From Candidatus Eiseniibacteriota bacterium (GTDB lineage Bacteria > Eisenbacteria > RBG-16-71-46 > JABDJR01), in assembly GCA_963762255.1 (NCBI GenBank), contig CAVXKA010000003.1, positions 896,001 through 960,000 of the forward strand: 64,000 bases of DNA. The letters run 5' to 3'. This document shows, in pieces, positions 1 to 9,196 of this stretch. Both the position numbers and the translations under genes were made by a program. Position 1 is the first letter of the stretch. Each line of letters starts with the position of its first letter. The notes under the pieces were generated by a model, which was given only the letters and a program-made list of their open reading frames with translations, searched no databases and was not told the DNA's origin.

Positions 1-830
1 ATGCGGCACGATCGGGCTTCGCATCGGGAGGACGGCTGGTGGGAGCCGCGCTCCTGTTGGGGATGGCCACGCTGACCAGACCGCACGCGCTCCTCTTCGG
101 CCTCCTTGCGGTGCTCCCCATCCTGTTCCTGGGAAAGGGACGCCTCGGGAATCGCATCGCCGGAGCCGCGCTCTTCCTCGTAACCATCGCCGCCGTCATG
201 ACTCCATGGGTGATCCGCAACGACCTTCGTCTGGGAAGCCCGATCCTGACGACAACGCATGGCGGGATGACGTTCTACGAGAGCAACAACCAGCTCGTTT
301 TGGATGAACCGGCGTTTCGAGGGGCGGTCGTCGTGCCCAAGTCGGCGGTCCCCGGTTACGACCGGCTCGAGGGCCTGGGAGAGGTGGAGTTCGATCGCGA
401 GGCGCGCCGCATGGGGGTGGAGTTCGTGACCGGCCACCCGGGCGCCATGCCGAAGATCCTCGCCTGGAAGTTTCTCCGCTATTGGCGGTTTCGGAGCGAC
501 GTGGGATTGAGTGGGATCAAGAGCGGCTTCTGGTGGGACAAGGAGAAATCGCTGGGGGCGCTTGCGTCGACGCTGGACGTCGGATTCATCTACAACATCG
601 TGGTCATCCCATCCTTTCTGCTCGGCCTGCTCCTGACCATTCGCCGCTTGCGCGAGATGGTCTTCCTGCACGCGAACATCCTGGTCCACACCTTGATGGC
701 GCTCATGTTCTACGGATCGCTGCGCGCGCGCATCCCGATCGAGCCGGTGCTGGCCATCTGGGCGGCCGCCGGCTTGGCGTGGCTGCTGGGACGGACCACC
801 CGACGACGGGTCACGCTCGACGGTCCATGA
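1..830 (+). CDS. GT-C (ArnT/PMT, GT39-like) membrane glycosyltransferase, 5'-truncated by window edge
   Basis: Frame is open from base 3. Multi-TM protein with 'LTRP', 'PWVIRN' and 'GSLRARIPIEP' motifs typical of ArnT-like GT-C proteins. Confidence 0.7.
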   Translation, partial: AARSGFASGGRLVGAALLLGMATLTRPHALLFGLLAVLPILFLGKGRLGNRIAGAALFLVTIAAVMTPWVIRNDLRLGSPILTTTHGGMTFYESNNQLVLDEPAFRGAVVVPKSAVPGYDRLEGLGEVEFDREARRMGVEFVTGHPGAMPKILAWKFLRYWRFRSDVGLSGIKSGFWWDKEKSLGALASTLDVGFIYNIVVIPSFLLGLLLTIRRLREMVFLHANILVHTLMALMFYGSLRARIPIEPVLAIWAAAGLAWLLGRTTRRRVTLDGP

Positions 831-850
831 GCCTTGCGAAATAGCTCGAC

Positions 851-1771
851 TTAGCCCTGCGTGCGCGGGGGCGGCTTGGGGCCGCCCTCGCGCCGCAGCG
901 GCACCATAGCCGGTGCGGCCTGGGCGTCGAGTCCGAGCACCGTCACCAGGTCTGCGTTTCCGGGGATCACGTACTTCGTGTTCTGTGCCAGCGTGACCTG
1001 CAGCACGTCGAGCTGCTTGGAGAGCGCGGCGCGATCATGGAAGAACTGCTCGGCCGCGTTCGAGACCATCTCGATGGCCTTGGCCTCGGCGGTCGACCGC
1101 AGGATGCGCGCCTGGGCGTCCCCCTCCGCTTTCAGGATCTCCGCCTGCTTGAAGCCCTCGGCCTTCAGGATCTCGCTCTGCCGCACCCCTTCCGCCTCGA
1201 GGATCGACGCGCGCTTGTCCCGTTCCGCCTTCATCTGCCGGCCCATGGCCTCGGTGATGTCCACCGGCGGATCGATCCTCTGCAACTCGACGCGGGTGAC
1301 CTTGACCCCCCAGGGGTTGGTCGCCTCGTCGAGGACGGCGCGCAGGTTGGTATTGATCATGTCGCGGGCCACCAGCGTCTCGTCGAGCGTCTTGTCACCG
1401 ATCAGATTGCGCAGATTGGTCTGGGCGAGCGTGGTGGCGGCGAGCCCGAAGTGCTGCACCTCGAACTTGGCCCGCACCGGATCGACCACGCGGTAGTAAA
1501 TCACCGCGTCCACCGTCACCGTGACGTTATCGCGGGTGATGACCTTCTGCGGTTCCACGTTGATCACCTGCTCGCGCATGTCCATCTTCATCATCTCGTC
1601 GAGCAGGGGGGCAAGGAAGGTCAACCCGGAGTCGGCGGTGGCGTGGTACTTGCCGAGGCGCAGGATCAGCCCCTTCTCGTACTGACGAACGATCCTGGCG
1701 CTGCGGGCCAGAATGATCAGCAGAATGAATGCGAAGAAGGCCACGAGGACGACGCTGGCCGGCTGGCTCAT
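851..1771 (-). CDS. SPFH/band 7 (stomatin/QmcA-like) protein
   Basis: N-terminal TM; 'PQKVITRDNVTVTVDAVIYYRV' and 'MKAERDKRASILEAEG' repeats. Confidence 0.93.
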   Translation of the reverse strand: MSQPASVVLVAFFAFILLIILARSARIVRQYEKGLILRLGKYHATADSGLTFLAPLLDEMMKMDMREQVINVEPQKVITRDNVTVTVDAVIYYRVVDPVRAKFEVQHFGLAATTLAQTNLRNLIGDKTLDETLVARDMINTNLRAVLDEATNPWGVKVTRVELQRIDPPVDITEAMGRQMKAERDKRASILEAEGVRQSEILKAEGFKQAEILKAEGDAQARILRSTAEAKAIEMVSNAAEQFFHDRAALSKQLDVLQVTLAQNTKYVIPGNADLVTVLGLDAQAAPAMVPLRREGGPKPPPRTQG

Positions 1772-2247
1772 GATTTCGCTCCTTCGCCCGCATCGACGGG
1801 CGCAACGGGAACCACGTGAACGGTGACGCCGTCGATGCGGCTGACCACCACGTTCCGGCCGACCTCGAGAACGCCGGCGGTGGCGTCATCGACGGTCGCG
1901 CGCCACTCCTCCCCTTCGAACTTGATGCGCCCGGGGTGGTCGGCGGCGATCGGATCCGTCACGCGGGCCAGGCGACCCAGCATGGCGTCCGTATTGGACG
2001 GGATGCCCGGACGCCGGAGTTTCGCGCGGATACGCTGTCGCCCCACAAGGACGTACATGAGCGAGAGCACACCGGCCGCCGCGAGGCCGAGTGCCGGTGA
2101 ATGGAAGACGAAACCGAGAACGCCGCCGGCCAGGATCGCGGTACCGATCAGCAGGAAATCGAACCCGCTGGCCGCACCCATCACGATCTCGAGAAGCACC
2201 AGCACCGCGCCGAGCACGATCAAGACCCAGTTGATGACGCCGGACAT
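1768..2247 (-). CDS. NfeD-like membrane protein (YbbJ family), partner of the SPFH protein
   Basis: ATG 2247 with GGAGG RBS; three TM helices then an OB fold 'GRIKFEGEEWRA...V..IDGVTVHV'; 4-bp overlap with the SPFH gene. Confidence 0.9.
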   Translation of the reverse strand: MSGVINWVLIVLGAVLVLLEIVMGAASGFDFLLIGTAILAGGVLGFVFHSPALGLAAAGVLSLMYVLVGRQRIRAKLRRPGIPSNTDAMLGRLARVTDPIAADHPGRIKFEGEEWRATVDDATAGVLEVGRNVVVSRIDGVTVHVVPVAPVDAGEGAKS

Positions 2248-2465
2248 GGGCACCTCCAGGATGCTTTGGGAATCGACCGCGAATCTAGGCTCACTCGGAC
2301 GCCGGGTCAAGCCGGCCCGGCTGGACCCGCGTGGTATCTTCCCGTCGGTGCCGCCCCGGAGCATCGGGGGCGCCTCCTGCCGGTCGTTCTCTGCGGCCAC
2401 CTCTCTCGGAGGCATGATCCATGCGGCATATGTGGTGTGGTGGAAGCCCTTGCCGGACGGGCCGG

Positions 2466-4250
2466 ATGATCGGATGGGGCCGACGCATCGGCGTGCTCCA
2501 CCCGGCCCTCTGGGCGTGCCTCCTCTTGATCCCCCAGCCTTCCCCTGCCTCCGATTCGGGGGTAAGCGCGGAGATCTACCCGTATCGCAAGGACACCCCC
2601 GCGCTGGGCGGGTTGTGGTGTCTATGCACCGTTGATTTCGGACCAGTCGATAGCGATAGGAAGTTCCCCGGCGCCATCGCCTGCGACGGTGCCAGACCCC
2701 TCCCCTACCTAACCTGGCGCGGGGGCATGGTACGCGCGGTCTCCCGAGAGGACTGCGAGGATCTCTTCCTCTGTGATTTCCTGGAGGGCGAGGACGCCAC
2801 CCTGGTCATCGCCGTCGACTCGCTGACCAGCTACCGCGTCGTCCTCACCCTCGGGGATCCCGCGCAGAAACGCGGTCCGATGAATGTCTTCGTCAACGAC
2901 GAGCAGGTGGCAGCGGGGCTGGAGATCGACCCCGGGGAGCCGGTCCAGCTCGATTGCGCGGTGACGCCCCGCGGCGGCCACATCCGTATCCGGCTGGCCG
3001 GCGTCGATTGCGGTTCCTTTGCCGTCGACGGCGCGAGCATCTACGTCTCCGCCCGCGCGCGCCCGCTTCGCCTTCCCGAGCTGTTTCCTGCGGGCGCGCC
3101 CGCCTCCTCCGAGGGCATCGCCCCCGTGGTCGGCCGCGGGCGGCGCGAGCAGGCCAAGGCGATCCTGCGCCAATGCTGCGAGTACCTCGTGGCCGAGCGC
3201 CCGGGCGAAGGCTGCTTTTCTTACAGCGGCAGTTGGTACGAGTCGGCATATCCGATCCGCACGCTACTCGTGTCCTCTGCCCTTCTCGACCAACGACGCT
3301 ATCGGGAGGCGGCCCTTGATTGTCTGGACCGCTTCGTCACAGAGCAGCACCCGGACGGCGGATGGTCCTCCCAGTTCTTCGGGAGCCGGGCATGCCCCGT
3401 GGCCCGAGCCACCCGGGAGGCGGCCCCGAGTCGGAACCTGGCCGATGTGGGCACGATGGCATTCTGCCTGTCCCTGGCCTGGCCCCACGCCGGCGCCGAG
3501 CGTCGCGCGACCTACCTGCGGGCAGCCGCCCTGTTCGCGGACTCGCTCGTCCTTCCCAACCAGCTCCCGAGCGGGGCCTTCCCCAACCTGCAGTTCGCCG
3601 GCGTGCGTTTCCTCCATCCCTACAGCGTTGCCACCGGCGTCCAGGCCGCGAATCTTTCCGCTCTCTATGGAGTGACCCGCAGTCGGCGATATCTGGTTTC
3701 AGCGCAGCGCGCGGCGCTCTTCCTCGCCCGTTCGATCCAGCCCGACGGCAGCGTGCTCTTCTATCGCTACAACAACGCGACCCCGGAAACGATGAACCCT
3801 GATCGTATGGGAGAACTGTATTACGTACTGGAGGGGCTGATCTGGAACTATTGGTACGCCGACGGGCCGATCCGGGCGGAGATCCGAGCCGCCCTGGACC
3901 GGTACTTCTCCGGACCCGGCGGAATCCGCTCATGGCCCAGCCCCGCCGAGTGGATGGCGCAGGGCAACACCTGGGAGAACTCCAAGCGGGCGGGGGTGCT
4001 CTTCCTGGTCTCCCAGTACGCGACCATGGGTCAGAACAAACCGGAGTTGAGCAGCTGGATGGATGTGGCCCTCGAAGCGTTCGCCCGCTCCGAGACCGCA
4101 CAAGCCTCCGGCGTTCGCTCCGATCCCGCCGGCCCCGCCGGCCGGCACGCCATGGCCGCCACCGGCTTCGCCGGTCTGGGCCTCGCAAGCCTCGTGCGGC
4201 CCGGCCTCATCGATCCCGGCCACACCGTGGACCGCCGCGGGCGGTGGTAG
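2466..4250 (+). CDS. Secreted protein: N-terminal galactose-binding-like beta-sandwich plus (alpha/alpha) toroid domain, putative glycan-acting enzyme
   Basis: Signal-like N-terminus; 'VDFGP...YRVVLTLGD' sandwich; 'Q.PDGGW' and 'QLPSGAF' repeats. Start uncertain (2421 or 2466). Confidence 0.5.
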   Translation: MIGWGRRIGVLHPALWACLLLIPQPSPASDSGVSAEIYPYRKDTPALGGLWCLCTVDFGPVDSDRKFPGAIACDGARPLPYLTWRGGMVRAVSREDCEDLFLCDFLEGEDATLVIAVDSLTSYRVVLTLGDPAQKRGPMNVFVNDEQVAAGLEIDPGEPVQLDCAVTPRGGHIRIRLAGVDCGSFAVDGASIYVSARARPLRLPELFPAGAPASSEGIAPVVGRGRREQAKAILRQCCEYLVAERPGEGCFSYSGSWYESAYPIRTLLVSSALLDQRRYREAALDCLDRFVTEQHPDGGWSSQFFGSRACPVARATREAAPSRNLADVGTMAFCLSLAWPHAGAERRATYLRAAALFADSLVLPNQLPSGAFPNLQFAGVRFLHPYSVATGVQAANLSALYGVTRSRRYLVSAQRAALFLARSIQPDGSVLFYRYNNATPETMNPDRMGELYYVLEGLIWNYWYADGPIRAEIRAALDRYFSGPGGIRSWPSPAEWMAQGNTWENSKRAGVLFLVSQYATMGQNKPELSSWMDVALEAFARSETAQASGVRSDPAGPAGRHAMAATGFAGLGLASLVRPGLIDPGHTVDRRGRW

Positions 4251-4308
4251 ACCGCCGCGCCCGCCCCGCGCCCGCGCTTGACGGGAAAGCGCGGGTGGTC
4301 TTTCCTCC

Positions 4309-5904
4309 ATGTCCATGAAGTTTCCCCGGAGGAGCGTTCTGTGTGCGGCCCTCCTCATCATCCCCGTCCGCGCCTCGGGGGCCGATGCGCCGCTTCGAAT
4401 CGGGAGCATCCGCGTGGAGACCCTTGACGTCTACACGCCCGAGGAGGCCTCGGCGGGGTGGCCCTACCGCATCCTGAACGCGCTCCACGCCAGAACGCGG
4501 GAGTCCACACTCCGCAAGTTCCTTTTGTTCCGAGAGGGGGATCTTTACGATCCCGCGAAGCTGGTGGAAACCGAGCGAAACCTGCGACAGCTTCGGTTCA
4601 TCAAGTCCGCTTCGGTGACGGCGCTCCCTCCCCGCGACGGAACGGTGGATGTCGACGTACGGACCCAGGACACATGGACCACCGAGCCGACGGCGGCGAT
4701 AGGCCGCAGCGGAGGGGTCACCTCGTACGGCGCATCCCTCATAGAACGCAACCTCGTCGGCACCGGACGCGAGTTGGACTTCACGTACTCCGAGGGGGTG
4801 GACCGCATCACCCGCTACGTCGCGTTCGAGGATCCCAACCTGCTTGGCCCGTACTGGAGCGGCTCCGTTCTTCATGCCGTCAACTCCGACGGTTGGCAGG
4901 ATCAGGGAGGAATCCGGAAGAGCTTTTCGTCGGTGAGCATGCCGCGGGCGGGCGCGCTTCTCTACGATGTCTCCAGCGCCCGCGAGAGGCTCTATCGCGG
5001 CGGGGAGACGGCCTCGCGGTACCGGCACGAAAAACGCGGCTACCTGGGCGAATTCGGAGTCGCCCTGGCCCGGACCGCCACCACCGCCCGGCGTCTGTCC
5101 GGCGGGTTCCGGGTTCAAGAGGATCGCTTCGTTTCCGTACCCGATTGGACGGAGGCTTCGCGCCCCCCTTCGCGCAAGTACCGCACCGTCTACTTGCGGG
5201 GCGAGTTCGTCCGCACCGACCTGGTGAAGCTCGACTACGTCGATCGCGACGCCCGCTTCGACGATTTCGATCTGGGCAATCGGATCTCGATCCTCGCCGG
5301 TCTCTCTCCGACACTATTCGGCCTCGATCGTACGACCGGCATGCTGGGTGCGGCGGCGAGCCGAGGCTGGCGTGCCGGCGAGGGGACGCTCCTCCTTCCC
5401 CAACTGACCCTGGAGAGTCGCGTGGGCGCAGAGGCCGACAACACGATTGCAGCGGGCAGCCTTCGGTTCGTCCACCGCTTCCGCGCGAAGCTCACGCAAA
5501 CCCTGGTTTCCAGGCTGGAACTGCGGCGCGGCTGGGATCTCGATCCCGACGTGCAGTTCTTCGCGGACGGCTCGAACGGAGTTCGCGGATACCGGTTGCG
5601 CGAGTACGAGGGGGACCGCACCGCCGTCTTGAACGTGGAGCATCGGGTCTTCTCCGGCCGGGAGCTGTTCCGCATGGTCTCGCCGGGAGCGGCGATATTC
5701 TTCGACACGGGCATCGCCGCCTCGTCGGATCGGGACATCCGTGCCGCCGCGCTGAAGAGCGACGTCGGGGTCGGGTTGCGGCTGGCCTTCCCGAGGGCCG
5801 CCGTCCGCACCGTCTTCCGGCTCGACATCGCCTTCCCGCTCAACCGCGATCGCGACGGACTCCGCGAGCCGCTCGTCTCCTTTTCGAACTCGCAGGCCTT
5901 CTGA
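4309..5904 (+). CDS. Omp85/BamA-TamA family outer membrane protein (POTRA + beta-barrel)
   Basis: 'ETERNLRQLRFI' POTRA segment, 'ERNLVGTG', 'GVRGY' motif, C-terminal Phe. Confidence 0.85.
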   Translation: MSMKFPRRSVLCAALLIIPVRASGADAPLRIGSIRVETLDVYTPEEASAGWPYRILNALHARTRESTLRKFLLFREGDLYDPAKLVETERNLRQLRFIKSASVTALPPRDGTVDVDVRTQDTWTTEPTAAIGRSGGVTSYGASLIERNLVGTGRELDFTYSEGVDRITRYVAFEDPNLLGPYWSGSVLHAVNSDGWQDQGGIRKSFSSVSMPRAGALLYDVSSARERLYRGGETASRYRHEKRGYLGEFGVALARTATTARRLSGGFRVQEDRFVSVPDWTEASRPPSRKYRTVYLRGEFVRTDLVKLDYVDRDARFDDFDLGNRISILAGLSPTLFGLDRTTGMLGAAASRGWRAGEGTLLLPQLTLESRVGAEADNTIAAGSLRFVHRFRAKLTQTLVSRLELRRGWDLDPDVQFFADGSNGVRGYRLREYEGDRTAVLNVEHRVFSGRELFRMVSPGAAIFFDTGIAASSDRDIRAAALKSDVGVGLRLAFPRAAVRTVFRLDIAFPLNRDRDGLREPLVSFSNSQAF

Positions 5905-5987
5905 CCGGGGCGGCGCCGGGACAGGGAGGTTTCGGGGACGGGCCGCTCGGGTAGTATTACCGCGTTCCCAGACCCAGGGAGACTTCC

Positions 5988-8204
5988 ATGAGCCATCGCG
6001 CGTCCGTCATGAGCCATCGCCCTTCCGTTTCGCCGTGGGTGGTCCTTGCCGCCCTGCTCCTGCCGCTGCCGGCGTCGACCGGCGCGGCCACCTTCGACGG
6101 TGACAGCGCCAAGGCCATCGTCGAGGAGATCACTCAGGACCGTTACCAGGGCCGCAAGAGCGGCCTCGAGGGTGGACGGCTCACCGAGGAATACGTCGCC
6201 GCGCGATTCGCCGAGTGGGGGCTCGAGCCGGGGGGCAGGGGGGGCACCTTCTTCCAGGACGTACCGATGCTGGTCACCGTCGAGCGCGGCGCCTCGCTCG
6301 AGGCTCTCGACGACCCGTACGGCGCGGTGCGATTCCTCTACGGTGACGATTTCGCGCTGATCACCAACTCGGGCAGCGGCGATGTGACGGCGGAGGTCGT
6401 CCTCGTCGGTCACGGGCTCACCAGCGCCGCCCGCGAGTGGAACGACTACGGCACCGCCGACGTCGCGGGGAAGATCGTGCTCATCGTGCGCGGCTCCCCC
6501 GAGAACGGCCACGCATGGGAAGATGCCGCCTCCCGGGATTCCACGCTGAACGAAGCGGTACGGCGAGGCGCGGCGGCCGTCCTGTTCAGCCAGGGAGACG
6601 GTGCGGTCCAGGGCGCCGCCATCCATGACGGCTCCTATCATCCCAATGTCCCGATCGTCTCGGTGAGTAAGCACGTTCTCGAGCACGCGCTCCTCAACAC
6701 GGGGTACGACGTCGAGCGCTACCGGAACGAGCTCAAGGAGAAGCCGCTTCCTTTAGCCACCGGCAAGCGCATGCGGGTGACCGCCGACGTCGCGCGCCAG
6801 GATGACGGACACGCTCGCAACGTGATCGCCCGCATTTCGGGGGCGGATCGCCGTCTCTCCCGCGAGATCGTGATCGTGGGCGGGCATATGGATCATGTCG
6901 GCATGAACGGCGAGGGGCTCGTCTACAACGGCGCCGACGACAACGCATCGGGGACGGCGGTGGTCATGGAGCTCGCGCGGTCCTTCGCCACCGCGCGCAC
7001 CCGTCCCGCCCGGACCCTGGTCTTCGCACTCTTCACCGGCGAGGAGCAGGGACTCCTGGGGTCCAGGGCCCTCGCCGAAAACGCACCGTTCGATATGGAC
7101 CGCGCCGTGGCCATGCTCAACTTCGACATGGAAGGGCACGGCAGCGGCAAGGTGGGACTCGGGGGCGGCGAGTACTACCCCGAGGTCTGGAAATCGTTCC
7201 GCGCGCAGCTCCCCGACTCACTGGCAAAGACCCTGGTGACCGCGCGCGCCTGGGGAGGCGACTCGAGCGACCACGCTCCGTTTCGCGACCGGGGGATCCC
7301 GGTGAGCAGCATCTGGAGCGATGGCCAGCACCGTTTCTACCATTCGATCCAGGACGACGCTGCCTGGGTGAGCGCGGACGTGTTGGGGGCGGTCGGCACC
7401 CTCGCGCGGCGCTGGATCCGGGCGTTGGCCGACTGGAGCGAACCGCTGGCCGTCGAGCACCAAGTGGGCCGATCGCTTCTGTACGCTTCGGACCAGGTCG
7501 ACTTCGACAGAGCCTTCAAGGGGCAGGTACCGCCCTTCGTCCGCGGCCGGGTGCGCTGGTTCAACGCCTGGTCATTCGGCGGCGCCGCATTCCTCGACAC
7601 GCTTGCGAGCTTGGAAGCGAGGAGTGACCGAGGGGACTCGCTGGCGCTCGCCGGTTCGCTCGGCGAGGTACGCGCCGCGTCGCGCAAGGGACTCCCCGCG
7701 GCTTTGATCGGCATCGAGGAGAGCCCGTACGAGCAGATCATCCCCGCCCGTCTTCGCCTGTTGAGCAACCTCAAGGTGTCGCTGGTGCGCTGGCCGGGAG
7801 CTCCGCCCACGGCGAGCGACACGGCGCACTTGCAGGCGCTGGCCGACGGGGGGGTCACCTTGCTCCTCTCTGCCGACGTCGCGTGGCGCGATCGCGTGCC
7901 CGCGGGCGCGAAGACGGTCGTGCGGTTCTTTCCCGAGCGCGGCGAGAGCGTCGCGGATCCGCAGGCCTTCCCCCGCAAGGAATCGCTATTCGTGATGAGC
8001 CTTCGCGGTGATATGGCCCCCGCCGATGCGGCCCGCGCGATCCAGCGACTCGGTTGGGACCGAGTTCACCTCGATCTCACCCCGTGGATCGCCCGCGGCG
8101 GCGAGCGAAGCGCGTGGATCTTCCTCGAAGCGCTGCAGACGCGCGGGCGCTTCGAGCCGTCGCAGATGCGGGCGATGCTGGGGGACAACCTCAGCCGTCT
8201 GTGA
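5988..8204 (+). CDS. M28 family metallopeptidase with PA domain and a degenerate dipeptidase-like C-terminal domain
   Basis: 'GGHMDHVG', 'NGADDNASG', 'FTGEEQGLLGS', 'NFDM', 'SDHAPF' and 'YH' M28 ligand motifs. Confidence 0.88.
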   Translation: MSHRASVMSHRPSVSPWVVLAALLLPLPASTGAATFDGDSAKAIVEEITQDRYQGRKSGLEGGRLTEEYVAARFAEWGLEPGGRGGTFFQDVPMLVTVERGASLEALDDPYGAVRFLYGDDFALITNSGSGDVTAEVVLVGHGLTSAAREWNDYGTADVAGKIVLIVRGSPENGHAWEDAASRDSTLNEAVRRGAAAVLFSQGDGAVQGAAIHDGSYHPNVPIVSVSKHVLEHALLNTGYDVERYRNELKEKPLPLATGKRMRVTADVARQDDGHARNVIARISGADRRLSREIVIVGGHMDHVGMNGEGLVYNGADDNASGTAVVMELARSFATARTRPARTLVFALFTGEEQGLLGSRALAENAPFDMDRAVAMLNFDMEGHGSGKVGLGGGEYYPEVWKSFRAQLPDSLAKTLVTARAWGGDSSDHAPFRDRGIPVSSIWSDGQHRFYHSIQDDAAWVSADVLGAVGTLARRWIRALADWSEPLAVEHQVGRSLLYASDQVDFDRAFKGQVPPFVRGRVRWFNAWSFGGAAFLDTLASLEARSDRGDSLALAGSLGEVRAASRKGLPAALIGIEESPYEQIIPARLRLLSNLKVSLVRWPGAPPTASDTAHLQALADGGVTLLLSADVAWRDRVPAGAKTVVRFFPERGESVADPQAFPRKESLFVMSLRGDMAPADAARAIQRLGWDRVHLDLTPWIARGGERSAWIFLEALQTRGRFEPSQMRAMLGDNLSRL

Positions 8205-8292
8205 TCGCCCTCTCGATCCGCGCCCCCGGCCGGATGTGGATCCTGCCGTGTGCGGGCGCTATCGAAAACCAATCAACCAAGGAGAATGAGCC

Positions 8293-9186
8293 ATGCAGGA
8301 CTTCGTCGTCATCCTCGGGGCCTCGGGCAATGTCGGTCACGCGCTCGCTCACGGGCTCTTGGACCGCGGGGTCAAGCTCCGCGCAGTCGCCCGCCACGCG
8401 GAGAAGCTGCAGGATCTCGCTGCGAGAGGCGCGGACGCACGGGTGGGCACGGTGGAAGATCGGGCGTTTCTGGCGGGGACTTTTCGCGGAGCGGCCGCGG
8501 TCTTCGTCATGATCCCGCCCAACTCCGTCGCTCCCGACTTTCTCGCGTACCAGCGGGGGATCGTGGAGAACCTGACCGGAGCGATCCGTGAGGCGGGAGT
8601 CTCGCGCGTGGTCAGCCTGAGCAGCGTGGGCGCGGAGCTTCCCTCGGGAACCGGCCCCATCGCCGGTCTGCACATCCTTGAGACGGAGCTCGAGAAGATC
8701 CCCGGCCTCAACGTGCTCCACCTCCGCCCGACCTACTTCATGGAGAACCACCTGACCACGATCGGCCTCATCAAGACCATGGGCATGAACGGCGGCGCGG
8801 TCGCGGCCGAGACCCCGATACCGATGATCGCTGCGCGCGATGTCGCGGCCGCCGCCGCCGACATCCTCGCTTCGCCGACCTTCGACGGGCGAAGCGTCCG
8901 CTATCTGCTGGGACCCAAGGACTACACGATGAGCGCGGCCACGCGGATCCTCGGCGCGGCCGTCGGCCGGCCCGGCCTCGCCTACATGCAGTTCCCCGGC
9001 GCCGACACGCGCAGCGCGCTGGTCGGGATGGGCATCTCCCCCAGCGCGGCCGCCGCCTTCGTGGAGATGGCCGAGGGGTTCAATACCGGCCGCATCGCCG
9101 GCGAGCCGCGCTCGGCCGCCAACACTACGCCGACCACGATGGAGGAATTCGCCGGTTCGGTGTTCAAGACGGCTTACGGCGCGTAA
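8293..9186 (+). CDS. NmrA-like NAD(P)-binding protein
   Basis: 'ILGASGNVG' Rossmann motif, 'LSSVGA', 'LRPTYFMEN'; GGAG RBS. Confidence 0.9.
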   Translation: MQDFVVILGASGNVGHALAHGLLDRGVKLRAVARHAEKLQDLAARGADARVGTVEDRAFLAGTFRGAAAVFVMIPPNSVAPDFLAYQRGIVENLTGAIREAGVSRVVSLSSVGAELPSGTGPIAGLHILETELEKIPGLNVLHLRPTYFMENHLTTIGLIKTMGMNGGAVAAETPIPMIAARDVAAAAADILASPTFDGRSVRYLLGPKDYTMSAATRILGAAVGRPGLAYMQFPGADTRSALVGMGISPSAAAAFVEMAEGFNTGRIAGEPRSAANTTPTTMEEFAGSVFKTAYGA

Positions 9187-9196
9187 GAGGAACGTT

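Noticed and set aside
5988-6020. ATGAGCCATCGC duplicated at the M28 start
   Set aside because: A short local duplication giving two alternative starts; no further structure.
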